The notes below the pieces were generated by a model. It searched no databases. It was not told where the DNA came from and saw only the letters and a list, made by a program, of their open reading frames with translations. A DNA stretch of 64,000 nucleotides from positions 43,259 through 107,258 of the forward strand of contig DASZOV010000004.1 of the NCBI GenBank assembly GCA_035550595.1. Direction: 5' to 3'. Below, in pieces: positions 25,255 to 33,511 of this stretch (within the stretch, counting starts at the first letter, position 1; each line of letters begins with the position of its first letter). The translations under genes and the position numbers were made by a program. This DNA is from Vicinamibacterales bacterium (GTDB taxonomy: Bacteria; Acidobacteriota; Vicinamibacteria; Vicinamibacterales; SCN-69-37).

Positions 25255-27290
25255 TGCCAGGACGTCCTGTCGATCGTGGTTCCTGGGTGCGGCGGACGGC
25301 CGTCGCGGCGGTCATCGCGTGCGCAGCCGCCGGCATCGCCGTTTGGCGTGTGAACGCGCAGGCCGGCGCGCCGCCGCCGACTGCGCAGGCCAACGTGCTC
25401 GCCGCCGGCCGGGCCACGTTCGAAGCCCGCTGCGCGACGTGTCACGGCGCGAACGCCAACGGCGGCGAGATGGGGCCGCCCATCGCCACGCGTTTGCCAT
25501 CGCATGACGACGCGGACCTGACGCAGTTGATTCGGGAAGGCCGTCCCACGCGCGGCATGCCGCCGCCCGGCGTGCCCGACGCCGAGATCCCCGCGCTCAT
25601 CGCGTACCTGCGCACGCTGCAGCGCCAGCCCAGCGAAGGGCCGCCGCCTCGGACGTTTCACACCGTGGATGGCCGGACGTTCGACGCGCGCGTCGTCAGC
25701 GAAGGGTTCGACGACGTGCAGGTGCGCACGGCCGACGGCCGCATCCATCTCTTGCGCCGCGTCAGTGATGGCCGCGTGCGAGAAGTGACGTCCGAGGAGG
25801 ATTGGCCCACCTATAACGGCGGTGTCAGCGGCAATCGGTACACGACGCTGACGGAGATCGATCGCAAGACCGTCTCGCGCCTCGCACCGCGATGGATGTT
25901 CGCACTGCCCTCGGCCGGGCAGCTCCAGGTGACGCCGATCGTCGTCCAGGGCGTGATGTACGTGGCGGCGCCGAACGAGTGTTTCGCGCTCGACGCCGGC
26001 AGCGGCCGGCTCATCTGGCGCTACCGCCGGCCGCGCACGCGCGGTGTGAGCGGCGGTGACAAGAACCGCGGCGTCGCCGTCGCCGGCGATCGCGTGTTCA
26101 TGGAGACGGACAACGCGCATCTCATCGCGCTCGATCGGTTCTCCGGCGCGCTCCTGTGGGACGAGGAGATGGGCGACTGGCACGAGAACTACTTCTCGAC
26201 GTCGGCACCGCTGCCCGCTGGCGATCTCGTCATCGGCGGCGTGTCGGGCGGCGAGCACGGTGCGAACGGGTTCGTCGTCGCCTACGAGCAGGCGACCGGG
26301 AAGGAAGTGTGGCGCTTCGCGACCGTGCCGAAACCGGGGGAGCCGGGATCGGAGACGTGGCAGGGCAACGATCTCCAGCACGGCGGCGCGCCGACGTGGT
26401 TCACGGGCAGCTACGATCCGGAGCTCGACGTCGTCTATTGGCCGGTCGGCAATCCCAGCAAGGAGTACAACGGCGATCACCGCGCTGGCGACAACCTGTA
26501 CGCCGACTGCCTGCTTGCGCTCGATCGACGCACCGGCCGGCTCGTCTGGCACTATCAGTTCACGCCGCACGATCTGTGGGACTGGGACGCGACGCAAACG
26601 TCGGTCATCGTCGATGCCTCGTGGCAGGGACAGCCGCGCAAGCTCATCCTGCACGCCGATCGCAACGGCTTCTTCTACGTGTTCGATCGCACGAACGGCG
26701 CGCTGCTCCTCGCGAAGCCGTTCGTGAAGAACCTGACGTGGGCGAGCGGCATCGACGCGAACGGCCGGCCGATCACGCGCCCCGGACAGGAGCCGACGCC
26801 GGAAGGCACGCGCGTGTGTCCGTCGCAGGACGGCGCGACGAACTGGTTCTCGCCGTCGTTCAATCCGGCGACGGGTCTGTACTACGTGCAGACGTTCGAG
26901 AAGTGCAGCATCTACACGAAGCGCGACGATGGCCCGTGGCAGGAGGGGAAGACGTTCCTGGGCGGATCGCAGGAGGTCGGGCCCGATCCCACGCCGGCGC
27001 GCGTGCTGAAGGCGATCGACGTCCGCACGGGTGACGTGCGATGGACGTTGCCGCAGCCCGGACCGGCGACGTCCTGGGGTGGCACGCTCGCAACGGCCAC
27101 GGGACTCGTCATCTTCGGCGAAGAGAGTGGGTCGCTCGTGGCCGCCGACGCGAAAACCGGTCAACCGCTCTGGAGCTTCCCGACGAATCAGGCGTGGCGC
27201 GCGTCACCGATGGTCTACGAGTTCGACCACCACGAGTACATCGCGGTCGCGTCAGGCTCGACGATTCTCGCGTTCGGGCTCGCGCGGTAG
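25251..27290 (+). CDS. Quinohemoprotein-like dehydrogenase: N-terminal cytochrome c domain + PQQ beta-propeller
   Basis: ATGA overlap with DUF1080. CATCHGANANGGEMGPPI is the heme c site. The propeller has repeated W-motifs (LIWRYR, LLWDEEMGDW, LVWHYQFTPHDLWDWD, PLWSFPTNQAW). Confidence 0.8.
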   Translation: MMPGRPVDRGSWVRRTAVAAVIACAAAGIAVWRVNAQAGAPPPTAQANVLAAGRATFEARCATCHGANANGGEMGPPIATRLPSHDDADLTQLIREGRPTRGMPPPGVPDAEIPALIAYLRTLQRQPSEGPPPRTFHTVDGRTFDARVVSEGFDDVQVRTADGRIHLLRRVSDGRVREVTSEEDWPTYNGGVSGNRYTTLTEIDRKTVSRLAPRWMFALPSAGQLQVTPIVVQGVMYVAAPNECFALDAGSGRLIWRYRRPRTRGVSGGDKNRGVAVAGDRVFMETDNAHLIALDRFSGALLWDEEMGDWHENYFSTSAPLPAGDLVIGGVSGGEHGANGFVVAYEQATGKEVWRFATVPKPGEPGSETWQGNDLQHGGAPTWFTGSYDPELDVVYWPVGNPSKEYNGDHRAGDNLYADCLLALDRRTGRLVWHYQFTPHDLWDWDATQTSVIVDASWQGQPRKLILHADRNGFFYVFDRTNGALLLAKPFVKNLTWASGIDANGRPITRPGQEPTPEGTRVCPSQDGATNWFSPSFNPATGLYYVQTFEKCSIYTKRDDGPWQEGKTFLGGSQEVGPDPTPARVLKAIDVRTGDVRWTLPQPGPATSWGGTLATATGLVIFGEESGSLVAADAKTGQPLWSFPTNQAWRASPMVYEFDHHEYIAVASGSTILAFGLAR

Positions 27291-27300
27291 GAGCGCTGCG

Positions 27301-27362
27301 CAACTTCGAACTTCGAACCGAGAACTTCGAACGGAGGAGGCGCCTTCGGCGCATCGTTCTCG
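27301..27362. repeat. CGAACTT-repeat plus GCGCC-TTC-GGCGC mini-hairpin element (same core as 5747-5795)
   Basis: CAACTTCGAACTTCGAACCGAGAACTTCGAACGGAGGAGGCGCCTTCGGCGCATCGTTCTCG. CGAGAAC (27319-25) pairs with GTTCTCG (27356-62). Confidence 0.75.
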
Positions 27363-27393
27363 TGTTGAACGGTGCTCGAAGCCAGAGGTGCGA

Positions 27394-27422
27394 TTGACAT
27401 CTATGCCGTGTGACGGTATAGA
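27394..27422 (+). promoter_or_regulatory. Sigma-70-type promoter of padR-ADOP 1, probably giving a leaderless mRNA
   Basis: TTGACA (27394-99), 17-nt spacer, TATAGA (27417-22). The ATG is at 27428, only 5 nt after the -10 box. The spacer and -10 box contain the inverted repeat ATCTAT...ATAGAT. Confidence 0.5.
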
Positions 27423-27427
27423 TCCGC

Positions 27428-27796
27428 ATGCCCGCATCCCAGCGGCCGGCCGATCCCGCGCGTTTTCTTCCGCTGTCACCGCAAGTGCTGCACGTACTCC
27501 TGGCCCTCGGCCAGGGGCCGCTGCACGGCTACGCGCTCATCCAGCGCGTGCGCGACCAGACATCCGACGAGATTCGCCTGACGGCGAGCACGCTGTACGA
27601 CGCGCTGGCGCGGCTCGTGGATCAGGGACTCATCGAAGAAGTCGATCCGCCCGATGAGCGTGGCGACGCCCGTCGCCGCTATTACGCGATGACCGGCATC
27701 GGCCGCGCCGTCGTGAAGGCCGAAGTCGCGCGACTCGAACGCGCCGTCGAGCGGGCGCGCGTGGCCCTCGATGCGCGAAAGGGGACGTCGCGGTGA
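27428..27796 (+). CDS. PadR-family transcriptional regulator
   Basis: LSPQVLHVLLALGQGPLHGYALIQRV...STLYDALARLVDQGLIEEV...RRRYYAMTGIGRAV, a PadR winged helix. Confidence 0.9.
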   Translation: MPASQRPADPARFLPLSPQVLHVLLALGQGPLHGYALIQRVRDQTSDEIRLTASTLYDALARLVDQGLIEEVDPPDERGDARRRYYAMTGIGRAVVKAEVARLERAVERARVALDARKGTSR

Positions 27797-30498
27797 TCGG
27801 CGCACGCGTCCATCGCCTGCTGTTGCGCCTGCTCCCGGCCCACCGTCGCGCGCAATACGGCGCGGAGATGACGAGCGTGTTCGCCGAGCTCTGCGCGACG
27901 ACGCGACGCGAGAGGGGACACCTTGCGGTCGCCGCGCTCTGGGTGAAAGAGATCGCCGGCGTCCTGAAATTCGCAGTCCGAGAGTGGATCGGCCCAGGCG
28001 CCGCGGATCCATCGTCGCGGCCGTCGCCACCGTATGTCGGAACCGAACTGCGTTGGGCGTGGCGAGGTCTCCGCGTCAGAGGCTGGCGCGCGGCGTTCAT
28101 CATGTTGTTGCTAGGCGTCACGCTCGGCGCGAGTACCGTCGTGTTCGCGGTCGTCGACTCGCTCGTCTTTCGGCCACAACCCTATCCGGACGTGGATCGG
28201 CTCGTGATGCTCACCGGCGCGGTGAAGGCCGGCGAGCGCATGGGCCGCCTGCAGTCGGCCGCGCTCTACGGCCAGTGGCGTGCCCAGCACGATCTGTTCG
28301 CCGCGGTCGGCGGATTCCTCACCAAGACGGTGTTCGTCGCAGGCCGGGACGACTCCGAGCAGATCAGCACCGCCGACATCACGGTCGACATGCTCGACGT
28401 GCTGGGCGTGAAGCCGATCTGGGGACGAGGCTTCACCGACGCGGACCTCGCGAGCGGCGACGGCTATGCCGCACTCGTTCGAGAAGATCTCGCGCGCGAG
28501 CGGTTCGGCATCGCCGCGGCCGCCGTTGGCCAGCGGCTCGACGCGACGGGCGGGCCGCTCCTGATCGTCGGTGTCATGCCGTCGAGCTTCGCGTTTCCGA
28601 ACGTGCGGTACCGCATCTGGCGCGCACTCAATCCCGCCGGTCCGCTGACGACGAACTTCGGTGGCGTGTTCCTGCGCGCTCGCGTCGCTTCCGGCATTTC
28701 GATGGACGCGCTGCCCGCTCGGCTCGCGGAGCGCGCGCCCCTCGTCGGCCGCGCCGTCGGGTTGAACACGTACACGGCGACTGCAGGTCCTTTCGCGCGG
28801 GGCGCGCAAACGGATGCGGAACGAGCCATTCCCATCGTCGTGCTCGGCGCCGCGATGTGTCTTCTTCTGGCGACCGTCGCGAACGTCATCGGCCTCGAGC
28901 TCGCGCACGTGATTCGGCGCAGCCACACGCGCGCGATTCAGATGGCGCTCGGCGCCTCGCGCGCGTCGCTCGGTCGCGTGGCGGCCTTGGAAGCCGCGGC
29001 GCTCGCCGCGGGCGCCTTCGCGATCGGACTGCCGGTCACGTGGATGGCCATTCGCGTCGCCGCCACGCATCTGCTCGCCGCGCTTCCTCTCAACACAGGC
29101 AATCCCATCGACCTCGACGGACGAGCCCTGGCCTTCATCGCGACGATCTCGGCCGCGATCTGGCTGCTCATGACCGTCGTGCCGCTCGCGTCCGCCGCCC
29201 ATGTGCCCTCCGGATCATTCTCGACGTCCGGCGAACGAGCCGTGACATCGGTGCCGCGAAGCGCCGCCTTGCGTCGCTGGCTGACGGGTCTGGAAGTCGC
29301 GCTGGCCGTGGTCCTTCTCGTCGTCGGCGTCCTCTACGTGCGGACGTCTCGCGCATTGGCACGCGTGGACAAGGGCTTCAATAGCCACGGCCTGGCGCAG
29401 GTCGAGCTCACGACACCCGCCTATTACTTCGCGTCACCGGTCGAGCGGACGGCGTTCGGCGATCGTCTGATGCGCGCGATCGCCGCCGTGCCGGGCGTGC
29501 AGGGGACGACGTTCTCATCTGCGCCTCCTGCGATGGGCGACAGTCCCACGCTGACCGATGTCGAGATCGACGGCCGACCGGGGGGCACGGTCGGGCTGGG
29601 CCGGAAGCTCGTCGACCTCTCCTATTTCTCCGTCATCGGCCTACCGCTCGTGAGTGGCCGCTATCTCGCGACTGGCGACTCGCCGACAGACGTCGTCGTC
29701 AGTGCATCGTTCGCCAGGAGGTTCTGGCCGCGCCGGGATGCCGTCGGTCACTCGTTTCGAGGAACCACGAACGGCCCGTTCGCGAATCGCTACACGGTCG
29801 TCGGCGTCGTCGGCGACTTCCGTACGGACCCACGGCGCATGCCGGACGAGCGCGACGATCGTCTGTACATGTACGTCCTGCAGTCAGCCGTCGCGGCAGA
29901 CGCGCCATCACGTGAACCGCCGCCGGGCGTCATTCGTCCCACGCCGGTCGACACGGGAGGCTCGTACGGTCTCGTCTGGGTGACGGTGAGGATGGATTCG
30001 CCGACGCGCGGCGCTGCCGTGCTCGCCGCCGCCCGCGCGCTCGATCCACGCCTGCCGGCGTCGATCGAGTTCGTCGACGGTCGCTACGCCGACGAGAACG
30101 CCGCGACGCGCGTCGTCATGCAGGTCGTCGACGTCTTCAGTGTGATGGCGTTTCTCGTCGCGATGGCGGGACTCTACGGCGTGATGGCGTTCTTCGTCGC
30201 GAGCCGCACACGCGAGATTGGCGTCCGCGTGGCGCTCGGCGCGGATCGACGCGCCATCCGCCGGCTCGTGCTCGGCTCGTCGGGCCGCATCGCGGTAGCC
30301 GGCGCGCTCGCCGGAGCCGCGCTCGCCTACGGTCTCGCCCGGCTCATCGCCTCGCAACTCTTCGGCGTCTCGCCCGACGATCCGCTGACCTACGTCACCG
30401 TTCTCGCCGCCGTCGTGCTCACGGCCTTAGCCGCGACCTGGCACCCGGCCCGTCAAGCCGCCCGCGTCGATCCAGCCATCACGCTGCGAGCGGAGTGA
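27793..30498 (+). CDS. ADOP-type duplicated FtsX/MacB-like permease (copy 1)
   Basis: 901 aa; 4-nt overlap with padR. Prefix domain (YGAEMTSVFAELC), two MacB-like periplasmic regions, and two FtsX 4-helix modules ending ...ARQAARVDPAITLRAE. Confidence 0.85.
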   Translation: MIGARVHRLLLRLLPAHRRAQYGAEMTSVFAELCATTRRERGHLAVAALWVKEIAGVLKFAVREWIGPGAADPSSRPSPPYVGTELRWAWRGLRVRGWRAAFIMLLLGVTLGASTVVFAVVDSLVFRPQPYPDVDRLVMLTGAVKAGERMGRLQSAALYGQWRAQHDLFAAVGGFLTKTVFVAGRDDSEQISTADITVDMLDVLGVKPIWGRGFTDADLASGDGYAALVREDLARERFGIAAAAVGQRLDATGGPLLIVGVMPSSFAFPNVRYRIWRALNPAGPLTTNFGGVFLRARVASGISMDALPARLAERAPLVGRAVGLNTYTATAGPFARGAQTDAERAIPIVVLGAAMCLLLATVANVIGLELAHVIRRSHTRAIQMALGASRASLGRVAALEAAALAAGAFAIGLPVTWMAIRVAATHLLAALPLNTGNPIDLDGRALAFIATISAAIWLLMTVVPLASAAHVPSGSFSTSGERAVTSVPRSAALRRWLTGLEVALAVVLLVVGVLYVRTSRALARVDKGFNSHGLAQVELTTPAYYFASPVERTAFGDRLMRAIAAVPGVQGTTFSSAPPAMGDSPTLTDVEIDGRPGGTVGLGRKLVDLSYFSVIGLPLVSGRYLATGDSPTDVVVSASFARRFWPRRDAVGHSFRGTTNGPFANRYTVVGVVGDFRTDPRRMPDERDDRLYMYVLQSAVAADAPSREPPPGVIRPTPVDTGGSYGLVWVTVRMDSPTRGAAVLAAARALDPRLPASIEFVDGRYADENAATRVVMQVVDVFSVMAFLVAMAGLYGVMAFFVASRTREIGVRVALGADRRAIRRLVLGSSGRIAVAGALAGAALAYGLARLIASQLFGVSPDDPLTYVTVLAAVVLTALAATWHPARQAARVDPAITLRAE

Positions 30499-30549
30499 GG
30501 CAGGATATCCCGGCTCGCCACGTACGCGACAGCGCAAGAACAGCGTTCA

Positions 30550-31080
30550 CTATCGGCCAGTGGTTAGACGACCGAGCAACCCTTGAACTGCGTGGCGTCG
30601 GTCGTTCGATAGGGGAAGGGTCTCGACACGAGCGGCGAGCACGGTTGCATCCACCATTCCTTGCTGAAGAAGGACGCGTACGAAGCGGACGTCCTGTTCT
30701 CGGCCGGCGACGAGTTTTGAGGCCGCCAAGTCGTGGGCCTCAAGGCACCAACCTGTGGCGCCACCGGTGTTGGCATTCGTGAGCGGGATCAGACGTTCCG
30801 TCCAACCTGTTGGCAGGACGGCCGTGGTGTTGTCGACGCCGTGCGCGTAATAGCCGAACGTCTGATGAAACAACGACAGCTCTCCGATGGCGCCATCGAT
30901 GAGATCGGATCGGTCGGGCGCGTCGCGTGGATAGACGTCGGCTTCAATCGAAACCAGTAAGTTCTCTGGTGCCTGCGGGAACTGGCCGAGGATGGCCTGG
31001 CTGCCGATCACGACGAAGTCGCGCATGTCGACGATCGCCGACGCCGCGCGGAGAATGTGCTCAAGCGCTGCGCGATTCAT
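30550..31080 (-). CDS. Nucleotidyltransferase-fold protein (DUF6036-like), putative toxin-like partner
   Basis: 176-aa ORF. FVVIGSQAILGQ...SIEADVYP gives hG[GS] plus an acidic E-x-D pair typical of the pol-beta NTase fold. Family name from memory. Confidence 0.55.
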   Translation of the reverse strand: MNRAALEHILRAASAIVDMRDFVVIGSQAILGQFPQAPENLLVSIEADVYPRDAPDRSDLIDGAIGELSLFHQTFGYYAHGVDNTTAVLPTGWTERLIPLTNANTGGATGWCLEAHDLAASKLVAGREQDVRFVRVLLQQGMVDATVLAARVETLPLSNDRRHAVQGLLGRLTTGR

Positions 31081-31375
31081 GACGACGCAGGATGGTGTCG
31101 CGTTCTTCGAGCGTCAGGATGCCGGCGAATGGACTCGACTGCCGGAGGCGTGTCGCTGTTTCGCTCGGTGAACGGAGAAGGTCGAGGATCGATGGCAGCG
31201 GCTCGCGCGCGAGGAGATCCCGCCACTCGAGCAGGGCAGGTACGCGACGAGCGCGGAGCCACCGCTCCAGGTTGTCGCGTGCGACGTCCAGCAACTCCGG
31301 ACGTTCGGCCAGCTTGGCCGCAACCGCCTCATGGAGCGCCAGACTCCGTCGATCGATCCACTCATGCGACCGCAC
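31061..31375 (-). CDS. Small helical protein, upstream partner of the NTase-fold gene
   Basis: 104-aa ORF with GC3-rich codons. Its end overlaps the downstream gene start by 20 nt. No family recognised. Confidence 0.5.
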   Translation of the reverse strand: MRSHEWIDRRSLALHEAVAAKLAERPELLDVARDNLERWLRARRVPALLEWRDLLAREPLPSILDLLRSPSETATRLRQSSPFAGILTLEERDTILRRHESRSA

Positions 31376-31396
31376 GGTTGAAGTATAGCGGCCGCC

Positions 31397-32626
31397 TCAG
31401 AACCCCTTCGTCGTGATCCAGAAGCTCTCTTCCCACGAGCCGCCGGGCGGGATGCTCTGCAGGTCCTTGTAGACGCCCTTTTCAGCCAGGTTCAGCGCGT
31501 TCGTGATGGCGACCATGGGTTCGAAGGCGATGAAGCCGACGCTCGACGGCGGCCCTGACAGCGGCGTCGCCGCGGGGGCCGTGCGCACGCCCTTGGCCGG
31601 GTCGACCGGGAACGGGCCGGACGGCGTGGGCGGAGCGGCCGCGCCGCGTCCTCGACCGCCTCGTCCCGGCGCGCCCTGACCACGTCCGCGGCCCCCTCCC
31701 GCGCCGAAGCCGCGCCCGCCGCCCGAGGTGAGCGGCGTCGACCAGAGCAGCACGGTGTGGAACTTCGGCCCGAGCGTTTCGTCCAGCTCCTTGCCGTTGT
31801 AGGACAGCCGCATCGTCGCGCGGCCGTTCGCGTCGCGCACGAGATCGGTGAACACGTCGTCGACCAGGCCGTAGTCCTTGAGATGGATGGCCGTCCGGTC
31901 GGCCTTGAAGAAATTCTCGATCGGCTGCGTTTCGCCCGTCGGCAGCCGCTCCGGGATTTCGATCCAGTGCGTCTTCGCGTCGGCCGACACCGTCCAGTCG
32001 TTCCGGTTGCCGTCGGGCAGGTGGAAGATCGGGTGGAAGCCAATCACGACCGGCATCGGCTGCGCGCTGAGGTTGTCGAGCCGCGTGTGCACTTCGAGCG
32101 TGCCGTTCGAGACGCGATACGTCATCGTGATCGTGTGCGCGAACGGGAACTGCTTCATGAAGATCGGGATGCGGTAGAAGTCGAGCTTGTTCGTCACCCA
32201 CGCGCCCGTCGCGTCAGCCTTGAATTCGACGAGCTGCCAGTCCTTCGATCCGTTGACGTAGCCCGTTGACGGAATCGGTCCGCGCACGTTCCCCAGTTCC
32301 AGATCGAAGTTGTACTTCTGCCCATTGGCGTAGAACGCCGTCTGGTCGAGCCGGTTGGCGAACGGCGCGAGCAGCGGAACGCCCGACAACCCGGGCCGCG
32401 CCTCGAACGCTTCGACCGAGTCGGCCGTGTTCACCAGATCGTGGCCCTTGACCTGAATCTTGTACGCATTGCTCATCTTGGCGACGACCGACACGGTCAT
32501 GTCGGCGGTCGTGTCGCGCAGTTCGATGACGTCGCCGTTCTGCGTCGCCGTGTAGCGCTGCGCCGCCGCGGGGGCGGCCATCGCCAGCGCGATTGTGAGG
32601 GCAAGGGCGACTCGCTCGTATCTCAT
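31397..32626 (-). CDS. Aldose 1-epimerase (galactose mutarotase-like) family protein, secreted, with RGG-rich insertion
   Basis: ORF 31397..32653 trimmed to MRYERVALALTIALAMAAPAAAQ. Mutarotase-like blocks (GVPLLAPFANRL, IGFHPIFHLP, GFIAFEPMVAITNALN). Residues ~299-363 are a Gly/Arg/Pro low-complexity insert. Confidence 0.75.
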   Translation of the reverse strand: MRYERVALALTIALAMAAPAAAQRYTATQNGDVIELRDTTADMTVSVVAKMSNAYKIQVKGHDLVNTADSVEAFEARPGLSGVPLLAPFANRLDQTAFYANGQKYNFDLELGNVRGPIPSTGYVNGSKDWQLVEFKADATGAWVTNKLDFYRIPIFMKQFPFAHTITMTYRVSNGTLEVHTRLDNLSAQPMPVVIGFHPIFHLPDGNRNDWTVSADAKTHWIEIPERLPTGETQPIENFFKADRTAIHLKDYGLVDDVFTDLVRDANGRATMRLSYNGKELDETLGPKFHTVLLWSTPLTSGGGRGFGAGGGRGRGQGAPGRGGRGRGAAAPPTPSGPFPVDPAKGVRTAPAATPLSGPPSSVGFIAFEPMVAITNALNLAEKGVYKDLQSIPPGGSWEESFWITTKGF

Positions 32627-32749
32627 GGTGGTTCTCCGCTGGGCACACAGCATAGAGGAGATTGGCCTCGGGCGCGAAGTCTCGGCTGGCCGCCGTCGGC
32701 ACGTCCGGCCGGCTCCGGCCGGCGCGACCCCACGCGCGGGATGCGTCCG

Positions 32750-33208
32750 TCAGGTTCCGGGCCGCTCAGGCAGCGCTTCCAGCGCCTCCACATCGGCCAG
32801 ATCCTGGAGTCGTCCGACGGCCTTCTTGTTCGCGATGAGGTCGTCGCGGTCGATGAGCGGCATCTCGACCTCGTCGAGCGTCACCGAGGTGCGCCGTCTC
32901 CAGGCCGCGTCGAACGCGACGCCTGGAATGTGCGTGAGCAGATCGATGCGAAACGGATCCCGGCCGAGCGCGATGAGCGTGTTCGGATCGGCGAATCGCG
33001 CCGCATCGAAATCGACGAGCGGCGTCCCGAACGCGGCGAGTGCGGCGAGGACGCGTTCGCCGTTCTCGCGCGATGGACGGACCCAGAGGTCCATGTCCTT
33101 CGTCAACCGCGGGTAGCCGTGCGCAATCACGGCCTGTCCGCCGACGAGCAGGAACTCAACGCCCTGAACGATGAACAATCCGCACAGTTCGGTCCAGTCG
33201 CGTGGCAT
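32750..33208 (-). CDS. Nucleotidyltransferase-fold protein (second cassette)
   Basis: 152-aa ORF. GVEFLLVGGQAVIAHGYPRLTKDMDLWV gives GG...D-x-D, the pol-beta NTase-type N-terminus. Confidence 0.55.
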   Translation of the reverse strand: MPRDWTELCGLFIVQGVEFLLVGGQAVIAHGYPRLTKDMDLWVRPSRENGERVLAALAAFGTPLVDFDAARFADPNTLIALGRDPFRIDLLTHIPGVAFDAAWRRRTSVTLDEVEMPLIDRDDLIANKKAVGRLQDLADVEALEALPERPGT

Positions 33209-33347
33209 GGGGATGGTAGTTGCGCACCCAGAAGGCGTGGAGTTCGGCGCCGGCGCGAAGGCGCTCGGCTTTCGTCATGCGCGCTCGTTCGGCGAGCTCG
33301 GCCCGCCGTGCGTCGGCGTGGCTTTCGAGGACTCGAATCGCAGCCAT
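33156..33347 (-). CDS. Small protein, upstream partner of second NTase-fold gene
   Basis: ORF 33156..33425. Likely start MAAIRVLESHADARRAELAERARMTKAERL...RLDRTVRIVHRSGR (ATG 33347). Overlaps the downstream gene by 53 nt. Confidence 0.45.
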   Translation of the reverse strand: MAAIRVLESHADARRAELAERARMTKAERLRAGAELHAFWVRNYHPHATRLDRTVRIVHRSGR

Positions 33348-33511
33348 CGCCGATACGCTAACACGGTCGCCGGCCCGTGAATCGACGCGGGACGTCGACA
33401 GTCGGCGGCCTCGGCGTGGCGCCATGCGCCGTGACGCGACCCGATCCCGGCGGTATCATCAGCCGCATTCGAGCCCGTCCCCGGCGGCACGACCTGCAGG
33501 AGGCAGTCGGC

